The notes beneath the pieces were generated by a model. That model was not told where the DNA came from. It ran no database searches and saw only the letters and a program-made list of their open reading frames with translations. A program made the translations under genes and the position numbers. A DNA stretch of 64,000 nucleotides from Octopus vulgaris (taxonomy: Eukaryota), in the NCBI GenBank assembly GCA_951406725.2, contig OX597827.1:1798001-1862000 (forward strand), given 5' to 3'. Shown one piece after another: positions 27,300 through 41,334 of the stretch (positions within the stretch are counted from its first letter, which is position 1; every line of letters begins with the position of its first letter).

Positions 27300-29485
27300 G
27301 AACCCATAATTGTTAAAAGAACTGTATTCTGCATTCCAGAACAATAAAAATTCATATAAAGTCAAATTAGTCAACAGTTAAGTTGCGGCAAGTCATTGGA
27401 GAGACTGAAACGCAATGGCCGTTTGGCTTTGTTCTTGCCTGTGGCGCATAGTTCTTGCATGTGGCGCATATTTCTTGGATGACCTTCATTACTTTCTCAC
27501 AGGATTGATTACTTCTGCTGATGCTCAGTTTTGTCGGCTTACGTTTCCAGTAATTTGTCAAGCATTTCAAAGCAGTTTTGTAGGGTAGTAAGGCTTGCGA
27601 TAGTTCTATACTCTTGGTCACTGAACTAGTGGTCCACCCAGTCATATGAGATGAACTAGCTGACTATCTGCAATCTTTCTCTTACATTTAGCATGAGGTA
27701 AAATGCAAGAAGGCCTAAGATTGTTTAGGAATTCCATCTGGCATTACTGATGGTTGGAAATTTCTGAAACTTGATGAAAGGTAGGTCTTGGTTTTCATGG
27801 AAGAAACTGAGGGGATGGGTTAAGTGGAAAAGAAACTTTATATCTCTCCAGCCAGCTTGATCTTCAATGACATGAGTTCCATTCTGGAAGGAGTCTTGGC
27901 GTTCTTCATAACTTGTCATGAGTTCTTTGATAATATATATATTTGATGTTGGGTGGATTGTTTGCTCCTTATCCATAACAACGCGCAGGATTCTGTCCAA
28001 GACATGGTGTTGGCAGCTCATGAATTGTGGTTTGTCATAGCCATTGCTCAATAAAATTCTCTACAGTCTAACCACTACCCAACTCCTTCATCCTGTATTC
28101 TCGCTCGTCCAGCTATAATCATTGAGATTGCGCTCCACAAGTGAAATTCGTCCAATGCGCTTTTCAATCCTTCTGCAATGGTCTCAGCCTTGTCATCACA
28201 TAGCTTCAGAGCAGCAAGCTTGGTTTCTCTTGTTTCATTCTTGATAACAACCGTTTGATATTCATTTCCGTCAATATGTTTACCATCGAAATGCAGGCTC
28301 CATTTCTGATTGCGTACCGCATCGAACAAAGTGTTTCTTCATTTCACCAGCTTTCTTGAAGAGTGCCTTGTAAATGTCTCGCTGACTACGAGTTGGGATA
28401 TCAATGACCTCTTTTGACAAATGTTTGCAGATTTTCGCAGCTTTATTGGCAGAGACATTTGTTCTAGTTACAAGTCTCGTAAAAATTGCAGATTTATTGT
28501 GCCTTCTTATGGATTAATAAGTACCATCACTATCACTATCGTTTTGATCAACTCTGTCATCTTCACCATAATTATATTCTTCAATCTCATCTTCTTCAGA
28601 GTCACTGTCAGTATCATGGGCTTTTGGGTTTGATAAAGAATGAGAGGCTTCAGCATGGGAGCATCTACTTCTCTTTGAAGGAAGGATAGTGTGCTTACCT
28701 GCAGCTTTACCTGTCGAATATCCCAATTTGCCTTTGCTTTGGAGTTGGATGGAGTACAGCTTTTTGTCATCAGTATTGAGCCATTTACCGTGAACTTTGG
28801 TGATATCGAACAGTTCTTCGAATGACCCCAATTTTCCCTTATTAGCGCATCTGTCATACAAATGAAGCATATTTTCGAGCTTGAACCGTATTACTTGCCC
28901 AGAAATGATTGGAAAATTCAGTTTATCTCTCCACGGTTGTGTCACCTCTCTTGATAATTCTGCAACTCTTTCCTTTCTGCCTTTAATTTATTTCGCAATG
29001 GACTGGCACCGACCAACAATCTGCTCCTTGAGTGGCACTTGGCTTCTTCTGGTCAGTGAGGCTTCTTCTACAAGTACATGACCTCTAAATGAAACCGACT
29101 CGAACTGCATTAAATTTCTCCTCCACTTCTCCTTGTTCTTCTGAACAACTTCGAAGATTTTCTTGGTGACATACCGCTAGCAGTCATATAGAACTAACAC
29201 TGAAACCGAAACAACAAGGGTGGAAATGAAAGAAGAACTTAATTATTTGTTCCATGACTAAGAATGATGGTTCAGCAATATAAACTAATCACCCCTGAAG
29301 TTTTATAAATGCTAAGAATTTATTGAAAGCCAAGAGTGCTATGCAACCTTGCCTACATTCAAACAAGTTTTGCATAAGAATACAAACATGGATTCATGGG
29401 TGAAGATAGCTCAAAAGTGAGTTCACTTCTGTTACTTATGCATAAAATATGATTCAGGGAAAAATTAAAAAGTAGTACCTCCTAA
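27300..29485 (-). mobile_element. Decayed DDE DNA transposon, hAT-like (hATm-type)
   Basis: Frameshifted ORFs with LFDI, WSLHFDGKHI, LDEFHLWSAISMII, CQHHVLDRILR, SNARWNS and RSNQSCEK; a candidate terminus TTAGGAGGTACTAC at ~29485. Confidence 0.65.
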
Positions 29486-30116
29486 TACATACACACATAC
29501 ATACATGCATATACATACGTATATATATATATATCTTGCTCTCTCTGTCTCACCCTTCTCTCTAGCCGCGTGTCTTCCTCTATCTGTCTCTCTCTCTCTC
29601 TCCCACTCCTCCTCACTTTCGTCACTGCTAATCCTTTCGCCTGTTGCATTCAGGCCCTAAGGTCATGTTTCCCAGCGCTCGCCAGTTACCTTCTCGTCCC
29701 CGCCAGAACAAAGGCCTTCATTCGTCTTTTTCGTTTGTTCTCTTGTTTATTTTTGATTTCTCGTATTGTAATTTATTTTTCGTTTTGTATTTTCTTGTAC
29801 ATGTTTCTTTAATTTTGTATTTTTTTCTTATATGTATTTTTTTGTGCAGTTCTTTGTTACGTCCCTTTTTGTGTTACATTTTTTCTTGCTCGTTTTACCC
29901 CTCTACGAGGTTATTTTATTTTAATATTCTCGTAGGAAGGCCTAGCATGATCATACGTGTTCTGTCTCTGCCTTCGAAACACGTGTCTGCTAGCGACAGC
30001 TGTTTTCAAGAAAAATCCTACGGCGAATGCCTCCATGGTCTGGTGTGCAGGACCCACGTTATGCATCTCTATATACATACATACATGCATGCGAACGTTC
30101 TATCTACCTACCTCCT

Positions 30117-30147
<31 letters not shown>

Positions 30148-30520
30148 CACACGCACACAAATCACGCGCACATACACACTCGCATATACATACATATAAT
30201 TAAGGCCAGAATTAAGGGTAGAATCGTTAGCACGTCGGATCAAATGCTTAACGACATTCCTTCCCGTTCTTTATGTTGTGTGTTCACATACCGCTGAGGC
30301 AATCTTTGTTTTTTGTCCCTTCGTGGTTGATAAAATAAAGAACTAGTCGAGAACAGGGGCCGATGTAATCGACCTGTCCCTTTGCCGTTGAGTTGCTGTC
30401 CTTGACTCCTTCAACGGACCGTTACGCCGTTCAGAGCGAGTGTTATAATTGCGGTCACTTGTGCCCCATAGAAATCGGGTAATTGGTCTTAAGACCCCAA
30501 GCTTTCAATATACATATGTA

Positions 30521-30586
<66 letters not shown>

Positions 30587-30748
30587 TGGCGCAGGAGTGG
30601 CTGTGTGATAAGTAGCTTGCTTAACAACCACATGGTTCGGAGTTCAGTCCCACTGCGGGGCACCTTGGGCAAGTGTCTTCTACTGTAGTCTCGGGCCGAC
30701 CAAAGCCCTGTAAGTGGATTTGCTAGACGGAAACTGAAATAAGCCCGT

Positions 30749-30799
<51 letters not shown>

Positions 30800-30917
30800 G
30801 CGTGTCTATGTTTGTGTGTCTGTGTTTGACCCTCCAACATCGCTAAGTTACATCCCCGTAACTTAGCGGTGCGGTAGCATGGCCGCAGTCAAATGACTGA
30901 AGCAAGTAAAAGTGTAC

Positions 30918-30949
<32 letters not shown>

Positions 30950-31379
30950 GTGTGTGTATGTGTGTGTGTGTGCGCGTGTGTGTATATATATATTTATTCG
31001 ATCAAATCACCTGCGAGTTAACATGGAAGCATTTGATGACGATGTAAACTTCAATTGATTAATACATGGCCTGACGATTAGCTAGCAGATTATCCCTCGT
31101 TTAGGTATTTACTACTTCTGTCATCATGAAACATATGCAACCTGCATTTTATCTACTCCATTCACTAAATTTGGATTTTTATTCGCACAAACAGCAACCT
31201 CAGCTGCTAACCGTGAACTATAATATAACTTTTTCAGCTTCTCAAACATCGATATGGGAAAATTTACAACCTTTTATGTTAGTAAGCCACTCTTGTTCCT
31301 GAAAGTTGCTTTTTATACCTTCTACGGACTACTCGAACTTACTAACTTCCTACCCCTTGATCCTTGGATCTTACCTTAT

Positions 31380-32230
31380 ATGGCGACAACAGAAAGTCAT
31401 GGAACAGCAGAATCATTCTGCGATTGTTGTTTTGGCACGCGCCGAACACATTGCCAATAAAATTGGGAAGTTGACGAAACTTCCAAAAGCAACAGTTTAT
31501 CATGTGTATAAACAAGTTAAAGAAGAACGAAAGATTGATGGGAAAGAATACAAGACTCGAAGTTATTCCAAGCGAAATCTGAAGATTCTCGCTGGCCTCA
31601 AATGCTCGATTGAAGGTAACCCATCCGCATCCATATCTCTTGCAAAGAAACGCAATTTGTCTCCTTCAACGGTGTCCAGAGCTATGAACAGGAACCTTGG
31701 CACGACTAGCTCTGTTCGATGAAGCCGTCACCTCTTACCAGCCAATTGTCAAAGGAATCAGAGCCGAGAGTTGCCCAAACTTCGGTCATTCATCAAGCAT
31801 AAAGGTGCAGGAAAAATTCTCGTGTTTGTGGACGAGAAGTTCACTGATGACGCTGAGATGGATCGCAGAAATTCTCGAGTGATTGCATACAACCTTTCTG
31901 ACTGTGTTTGAGATTAAGAGGCCTTCCTCTGTAATGATACTTGGAGTTGTGGCGAATGATGGAAGTGTCATTGATCCACACTTCATTGATTCTGGCTTGA
32001 AGATCGGCACAAAGGAGAATTCTCTGTTACCTTGGATGGAGCTGAAGTTTACGCTTCACAATGTGGTGCTTATCCAGGATTCTGCACCATGCAAGGGGTC
32101 AAAAACAACACAGGCCTTCCTAGGTGAGAAGGTACCGTTTTAGTGAGGGCTAACATAAGGCCCAGTAATTGCCCAGATCTCAACTTTCTCGATTACTTTT
32201 TATGAAGCGTACTTCAAGCAAAAGTGACCT
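31380..32230 (+). mobile_element. Degenerate Tc1/maT-like transposase
   Basis: HTH (LAKKRNLSPSTVSRAM), FVDEKF, SVMILGVVANDG, IQDSAPCK, PSNCPDLNFLDY. Confidence 0.8.
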
Positions 32231-33561
32231 CTACGAAATTTGAACACCGAACGTTAAGATGTACGAAATGGCGCTAAGTTTTTTGCCCGGCGTGGCAACG
32301 ATTCTTCCAATTCGTCGCCTTTCAAATGTTACTCATATCAATAAAACATCATCGTGCCTTACATACCTTAACTTCGAGAAGCACTCAACTATTTCCTTCA
32401 AAATTGCATCGTTTGTTTGGCTCATTGTCATCGACGATCTCCTCCGGCGAAAGCATATCATCAATATAGCTAGGATTGTCTCTTAACGAATGACCCGTCT
32501 CTTGAGAACTAGAGAATATTGCATCCCAGTACAGTTATTTATTCTCTATAAAGCTCAGATGAGGACCACAATACAGCTCTGTTCCCACATCTTGGATGGC
32601 GCTGCTGCTGTTGTTTTTGCACTGATTTTTTAAAAATCTTTCACTAGTTTCAGTCATTGGACTGCGACCATGCTGGGGCACCATCTTGAAGAATTTTTAA
32701 TCGAATAAATCATAGCCCTGTACAATTTAAAAAAAAAAATTTTTAAACTTGGTACTTATTCTATCGGTCTGCTGCCGAAACGCTAGATAACAAGTACGTA
32801 AACAAACCAACATCGGTTGTCAAGCGATGGTGAGGGACAAACATAAGCACAAAGACAAACACGCACGCACACACACATGCATGCACACACAAAGACACAT
32901 ACGACGGGCTTCTTTCAGTTCCCGTCTATCAAATTCACTCACAAATATTTGGCCGGCTTTGCTCAAGGTGCCACGCTGTGGGATTGAACCCAGAACCATG
33001 TGCTTGGGAATTACACTTCTTAGCACACAGCCATGCCTGCGCCTAGCATACACAGATACCCTGCACCACATCAAGTCACTCAAAGACAATCACCAGCCTT
33101 TGGTACTCCGGGGAGCTGTCTCTTCTCTTCCTCGTCTATAGCAACTATAACTGCTTCTTCTCTTTGGAGCTGGCGGAGTTCATGCTACCCGCGCCACCCC
33201 ACAAAAACTTCCCCAACACATTGCAAGATCCTCATTTTATTACTCTTGCTATGTGCAACGTCTTCAGGATCCACATTACAAAAGACCTATTTCTTTACTA
33301 CCCACAAGGGGCTAAACACAGAGGGGACAAACAAGGACAAACAAAGGGATTATATCGACCCCAGTGCGTAACTGGTACTTATTTAATCGACCCCGAAAGG
33401 ATGAAAGGCAAAGTCGACCTCGGCGGAATTTGAACTCAGAACGTAACGACAGACGAAATACGGCTACGCACTTCGCCCGGCGCGCTAACAATTCTGCCAG
33501 ACCAAAAGGAATATTAGTGGCATCATACGTATACACATATATGCTTCCATACTCATACACA

Positions 33562-33602
<41 letters not shown>

Positions 33603-33827
33603 AAGTATGTATATATATGCATGTAGGCATGTATGCAGGTTTGTATGTAGAAAGTGAAGCAGTCAGGTCGCTGTGTATATCATGGATGAATGAAAGGACG
33701 AGCGGTGAGATGGAACTGTCGTATTTACTCCGAGTTTCTGCTGATTTCTTTATAACCACCGAATACAATTCAAGACAAATTTTCCGGACATTACAGCAGT
33801 TGTTTGATGTCATTACTGTCTTTAGGG

Positions 33828-33859
<32 letters not shown>

Positions 33860-34373
33860 GTAGTAGTAGTTGTTGTTGTTGTTACTGTTGTTGTTGTTGT
33901 TACTGTTGTTGTTGTTGTTGTTCTTCATCTTCTTCTCTTTCTTTATCTTGTTCTTGTTCTTGTTCTTGTTCTTGTTCTTCTTGTTCTTGTTCTTCTTCTT
34001 CTTCTTCTTCTTCTTCTTCTTCTTCTTCTTCTTCTTCTTCTTCTTCTTCTTCTTCTTCTTCTTCTTCTTCTTCTTCTTCTTCTTCTTCTTCTTCTTCTTC
34101 TTCTCATTCTTCTTCTTCTCCTTCTTCTTCTCATTTTTATAATCAAGTAATTCAATTAAGCACCCAGTTGCACTGGCTACTAAGTCTTGTAATCTCCTGA
34201 CCTGACAAAGTGTCAGAAATAGGATACGAAACACCGACCTGTTTTTGTGGGGAGATTCGCTTCTCTGACCATTCGGCCATCTGCCACGAGAGAAGACCTT
34301 AGAGTCAGGTGGAACCGAAGCAAAGAGTCACGTGATTGCGAAGTTATCGAAAACATAGACTTGCTTTTAGGCA

Positions 34374-34428
<55 letters not shown>

Positions 34429-34514
34429 ATACATACACATTCTCTCTCTCTCTCTCTAACACCCACATTCTCTCTCACACACAAACAATCTATCTCCTCT
34501 TCTCTCTCCCACAG

Positions 34515-34563
<49 letters not shown>

Positions 34564-35670
34564 CACACGCACACACACGCACACACACGCACACTCACAA
34601 ACACGCATTTTTTCACACTTTGACACACGTGCGCAACAGTGTAGCCACCTAACCACTATCACCATCACCATCACTATCGTTACCGCTACCACGACTACCA
34701 CGACGACACTCACCATGACCACCACGATGACCACCACCACCTCCTGTAACACCAATACGAATACCACTACTAACACCATCACCATCGCCACAAACATCTA
34801 ATCACACAACCACCACAAATATGATCACCACCACTACGAATACTACCACTACCGTCACCAGCACCACCATCACCACAACCACTATCACCACCACCACCAC
34901 CACAACCACTATAAACAACACTACCACCTCTAACACAACCACAACCACCATTGCCATAACCACCACCACCACCACCACCCACTACAAACAACACTACCAC
35001 ATCTACCACAACCATAACCACCACCATTCACCACCACCATAAACAAAACTATCACCACCACCACAACTACTACAATGACCACTATCGCGACCACCACCAC
35101 CACCAGTAGCTTTGTTACTGCTAACACCTCAACAACTATTATTACCGCTACTACCATCATCATCACGACTAGTAGTACTACGACTCCATAACTACCATCA
35201 ATACCATTTCAACAATATACGAGCCACCACCACCACCACCACCATCCCTGCATCAACCGATACCATCATTTCTAGAATCACCACCATCACTACCATCGTG
35301 ACCATCACCACCGTCGGCGCAGCCGGGACTTCAACTACGACCTCTACCAACACCAACACCACCACCTCAAGATCCAAAACCATTACCACCACCACCACCA
35401 CCAACAACAACAAAAACAACAACAACAACAATAAAAGCAACAACACCAGCCTCACAACCACCAACAACAAACACAACAACAAAAAAACCAACAACAATAC
35501 CTATGCCATCAGGCTACCATCAACATCATCCACCACCACCACGACCACCACCATTATTACCATTTTCACCATCACCACCAAAGGCCACTGTTTCCATTTT
35601 TACAAACGGCAGCACAAGTTTTCCATTCACACACACACTAATAGCATAAGTCTACACACACACACACACA

Positions 35671-35752
<82 letters not shown>

Positions 35753-35819
35753 AACTAAGGTAACCTACTCCTTTCGAGAATTGTCTTGTCAAGCGGAATG
35801 AAATAGTCTCAGGAGCGGT

Positions 35820-35852
<33 letters not shown>

Positions 35853-36138
35853 AATAGAAACATATCCTCATCAGCATCATCACCACCATCGTCATCGTCA
35901 TCAACAGCAGCAGTAACAAGAACAAAACAGCAGCAGCAGCAGCAGCAGAAATGGTAGTAGCCATCTTGATTGTCTCAATCTATATTCATGACATAAGGAT
36001 TACAACTCCCGACTAAAGGATCACACGCAATGATTGGATAGCATCGATTTTATACACACATATACAAATGTATGCATATGTATACTAGCATATATACATA
36101 TATGCATAAATATATATGTATTTGTATATGTGTATATA

Positions 36139-36185
<47 letters not shown>

Positions 36186-36188
36186 GTG

Positions 36189-36227
<39 letters not shown>

Positions 36228-37277
36228 ACAATTATATGTACACACATACACACATATATACATACAGATATATATGCATGTATATATGCATTTATTCATA
36301 CAATTTATGTATATATATACATATATATGTATGTATATAGACATGTATAAGCATATATATACACATATATGCATGCATACATATATAAATGCATAAATGT
36401 ATACACATACACGTATATATATATATGCCTGTGTGTTTGCATGTATATATGTATCAGTTGAATAGCTGCCGAAGCATCGAGATGTTTCGTAAAGTAACTT
36501 GTGGTAAATATTCCATATTTTCTTTATGTCTTCCCGTTTGTTTAATTGACTTAGACATAAAAGCATAGCGCCGACTACCTGTTTAGTAGTTGATCACTCT
36601 CAGCGACTAAATACCTCCTTTAAATGAACAGTAACGCCACTGCATAATCTCATCTGCGTCTCCTCATTATATTGCTCCGGGCATCAACCTGGAGAACACT
36701 CTAGCAATATTTTTATTAGATTTTCAAAACATAAATACATATATGCTTTAACGGTAGAACTCGAAGAAGATAACGCTACAGTACCTTGTCGAACATTGGG
36801 TATAAAAAATCCCTTGAATTGAAAAAAAACTTTGAAGGCTTACTGCGAGACTGGAACCCACAGCTTTCGTAGTCACGACAAATATGCCAGCAGCTCTCCT
36901 AATTTCCTCGATCAGTTTTGAGGGGTATACTTTTACACGCAAGAATTGCTTGCTGTTTACATTATAGCAATTATTTTTATTTCTTAGAAACTACGAGAGA
37001 TAGGAAATTTTTTCACCCAAATGCTCAACATTTTCATATTTATAACTTTATCTAACTCGAGTTAAAACGATTTATTTTGTACCTCGTGAAGTTAGAAAAA
37101 GAATTCTTATAATGAAAACAACGAACAATTTTTGCTGGTAAGAACAAAGCTTTGAAGGATTGCTTTGGCATAATGGTAGCACGTCTGTCATACCCACAGA
37201 AGCTGTTGATTCGAGCAGCTATGTATTATACGTGTGTGCATGAACCCCTCCAGTTTATATATATATGTGTATAGTTG

Positions 37278-37372
<95 letters not shown>

Positions 37373-37844
37373 GATATTTAATAGAATTATATTATTTTGC
37401 GCTACCATAGGTTTCTAGCAGAATAAACTGCATTTATTCAACTGGAGCTTGAAGTATTCATGATACTCTTGTCAAATTAATGACGATATATCGTTCATTC
37501 TTTAAAACTCTGGCTGAATAGATGCAATTTGTCCTGCAAGAAAACTATGGTACCGAGAAATACCGCAATTCTTTTAAACAAAATTATCGATCCACCCGAC
37601 CAGTATTGATTACACGTTGTTTCTGTTCATTACGAACGAGTGTCTGCTTGTGTAAGGAACTTTGAATTGCTATTCCCGTTTATCAGATTCATTCATCACC
37701 GATCCAGGATCCCTCTGTGCGCTCAGTTGTGATAACAAGGATCGACGATCAAATATTCTGCTTGGTCCGGAAAAGCGCGCGGCACTTACCAGCTACAATA
37801 CACAGTTACCTAGAATGCACTGAATATCTATCGTGTTTACGTCA

Positions 37845-38409
37845 AGGCAGCGAGCTGGAAGAACCGTTAGCAGGCCAGGCGAAATGCTTTGCGGTATTTC
37901 GTCTGCCGTTACGTTCTGTGTTCAAATTCCGCCGAGGTCGACTTTGCCTTTCATCCTTTCGGGGTTGATTAAATAAGTACCAGTTACGCACTAGGGTCGA
38001 TAAAGTCGACTTAATCCGTTTGTCTGTCCTTGTTTAGCCCCTTGTGAGTAGTAAAGAAATAGGTATTTCATCTGCCGTTACGCTCTGAGTTCAAATTCCG
38101 CCGAGGTCGACTTTGGCTTTCATCCTTTCAGGGTCGTTAAATAAAGTACCAGTTACGCAATGGGGTCGATATAATCGACTTAATCCGTTTGTCTGTCCTT
38201 GTTTGTTTCCTCTGTGTTTAGCCCTTTGTGGGTAATAAAGAAATAGGTATTTCCTTTGCCGCTACGTTCTGAGTTCAAATTCCGCCGAGGTCGACTTTAC
38301 CTTTCATACTTTCGGAATCGATAAATTAAGTACCAGTTGCATACTGGGGTCGATCTGATCGACTGGCCCCCTCCTCCCAAATTTCAGGCCTTGTGCTTTT
38401 AACTGAAAG
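37845..38409 (+). mobile_element. SINE family A trimer inserted as one unit
   Basis: Three tandem bodies joined at AAAGAAATAG/GTATTTC; 23-bp TSD GAATATCT(A/G)TCGTGTTTACGTCA at 37822-37844 and 38410-38432. Confidence 0.85.
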
Positions 38410-39594
38410 GAATATCTGTCGTGTTTACGTCATTGTGCTGCGAGGCTGTGTGTTTTTTATAGGGATTTATGTACACGCACTCATCAATAAAGACAAAATA
38501 TGAAGGCACCTGAACTTAAAAAACGTCGTCAAATATGTGTTCATTATTTGCTGTTTAGAATCGTTTGTACGCCAGGCGAAATCTTTAGCGGTATTTCGTC
38601 TGTCTTCTGGATTCAAATTCCACCGCGGTCGACTTTATATTTCATCCTTTCGGTGTCGACAAAATAAGTACCAGTTGAGTACTGGTGTCGATGTAATCGA
38701 CTATCCCCATTCCCCCAAATTTCAGGCCTTTTGCCTATATTAGAAATGATTATTTATTGATTATCTAAGGAGGTGAATAGACAGAATTTTTAGCACGCCG
38801 AACGAAATACTTAGTTTGCATTTCGTCCGTCTTTACGTTCTGAGTTCAAATTCCGCTGAGCTCGACTTTGCCTTTCATCTTTTTGGGGTTGATAAAATAA
38901 GTACTAGTCATGTACTGGGGTTGATGTAATTTCAGGCTTTGTTCCCTTAATAGAAAGAACTATTTATTGATCGTATGTAATTAAATTTTACTTCAAATAT
39001 TATTTTGAGCATGAAACAATATCATGTGTATTTAAAAAAAAAATATATACTGTTTAGAGATGTTCATTATTTGGGTAAGTTAGTGGGGACAAGTTGGGGT
39101 CTCGGGACAAAACCCTTTGTTTTCTATAATTAGCCATCAGCCAGATGCTCTCCCTCTGTCCTGATGTCTGCTTGCCAAGGCTTTTCAGTTACCTCTGTGT
39201 TGTTATGCTTGCATATACGATCAGCCTGACTCTGCAACCAGTATATTCTAAATAACTAAACGCCCGTGCTAAATGAGAATAGAAGTATTATACATTTAAG
39301 AGAATAAAACGCAATATTCCTAAACTGAGTAAAAATTCGATGTCTATGCTTATACTTCCAGCTCACAGCTGTCCGCTTTCCAGTGGAAATTCTGAGGATG
39401 CATTGGATAATTGAGTCTGAATAAATGATGAAAATGTCATGGATGGAACGTCTGACGTTTCGTGGCAACACACAACTCCATATACTAAATCAATGAACCA
39501 ATCTACCACAACTACTTCCACTTCGACCATCGTCATCAATATCCTAGAAGGAGTTGCTAAATCTCCCTCAAATGAAACCAAATCTTCAGAAACA

Positions 39595-39631
<37 letters not shown>

Positions 39632-39785
39632 CGTGCGGTTCGACAAATTATATTTTGATGTACTCTACTGACGTTCTTGGCGTGCTGAATTAATTCTTGA
39701 GAACAATTCCTTGGTGGTTGATTCCCTTTGCGGATCTATATCTAGCGTTAGAGCGTCCACATAGTGGATTCTCTCTTATTGTTTT

Positions 39786-39865
<80 letters not shown>

Positions 39866-40029
39866 TATAGGGAGAGTTTACGAAAAAAACAAAAGACGAA
39901 GACAGGTGGTGTACAAAACAAACAGATATATTAGTATAACGCTCAGGAATAGAAAAAGTCTTTTACGTTTCGAGCTTACGCTCTTCTACAGAATATATAT
40001 ATATGTGTGTGTGTGTGTGTATGTATACA

Positions 40030-40575
40030 CAGGGTTGTTTTTTAAAAATGAACCGATTTCATTACGCAATATTTTAATAAGGAAAACCAATAGAAAACTC
40101 CGAGTCACAAATATTTACTCACAATCAACTTTTATTTTCTGTCTTACAAGTGTTCAATGTGGCCACCACCTGCAGCAATTGTAGCATCAATGCGATAAGA
40201 GAATTCTTCCCAGACGCGTATCTGTCTGGCCTGCGAGATCCCCAGACTTCACCGTGTGTGATTTTTTCTTGTGAGGATATGTTAAAGATTGCGTTCATGT
40301 ACCACCGCTACCCACCAACCTCGATGACCTTAAACATCGAATAACAACTGCGATCCACTCAGTGGACCGTGATATACTGATACACGTCTGGGAAGAATTC
40401 CCTTATCGCATTGATGTTGCCCCTGCTGCAGGTGGTGGCCACATTGAACGCTTGTAAGACAGGAAATACAAGTTGGTTGTGAGTAAATACTTGGGACTTA
40501 GCTGGAGTTTTCTATTGCTTTTCCTTATTAAAATATTGCGTAATGAAATCGGTTCATTCTTTTTGAATAACCCTG
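40030..40575. mobile_element. Tc1/mariner-derived MITE with ~150-bp terminal inverted repeats
   Basis: CAGGG...CCCTG ends in TA context; internal WPARSPDFT.CDFF..GYVK..GGGHIE transposase C-terminal remnant. Confidence 0.85.
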
Positions 40576-40656
40576 TATATATATGTGTGTGTGTGTGCGT
40601 GTATACATATAAGTATGTATATATACACACATATATATATATATACATATACATAT

Positions 40657-40724
<68 letters not shown>

Positions 40725-40728
<4 letters not shown>

Positions 40729-41137
40729 TGTTATATTTCGGAATGGTCATATTGCCAGTTTAGCCAATAAAAACACACGCACTATATATTTGGTGTTATT
40801 TTGCTTCAGTGATATTTATTTTTTACATTAATCTTAATCTTATTTCGGCCAAAGTTCTTTCGTCACACTCCTGTGACCGCATCAGTGGTCCTTTGTTTTC
40901 TTCTCACTTACTTGTGTCTCTCCTTACTAACGGTTAGTAAGGAGAGACACAAGTAAGTGAGAAGAAAACAAAGGACCACTGATGCGGTCACAGGAGTGTG
41001 ACGAAAGAACTTTGCGAAATAAGATTAAGATTAATGTAAAAAATAAATATCACTGAAGCAAAATAACACCAAATATATAGTGCGTGTGTTTTTATTGGCT
41101 AAACTGGCAATATGACCATTCCGAAATATAACAATAT
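40725..41137. repeat. Near-perfect ~410-bp palindrome (centre 40932) with a hammerhead-like motif in each arm
   Basis: Arms identical except for a 2-nt deletion; centre TTACTAAC-G-GTTAGTAA. Confidence 0.95.
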
Positions 41138-41198
41138 CTGTTTCAACACACGACTTCACATAAAAAATCTTGCACAACAAATATTTAAACGTACTATG

Positions 41199-41256
<58 letters not shown>

Positions 41257-41334
41257 CATACATGCATATATACATACATACATGCATACATACATGCATG
41301 CATATACATATATGTATGTGTGTATGTATGTATG

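Noticed and set aside
27290-27374. GFNSLP peptide resembling a GIY-YIG C-terminus
   Set aside because: Better explained as the 3' subterminal region of the hAT-like element
29942-29993. CTAGCA..GAAACACGTGTC-TGCTAG resembling hammerhead stems I and III
   Set aside because: The core reads TGATCA and stem II does not pair; at most a decayed copy
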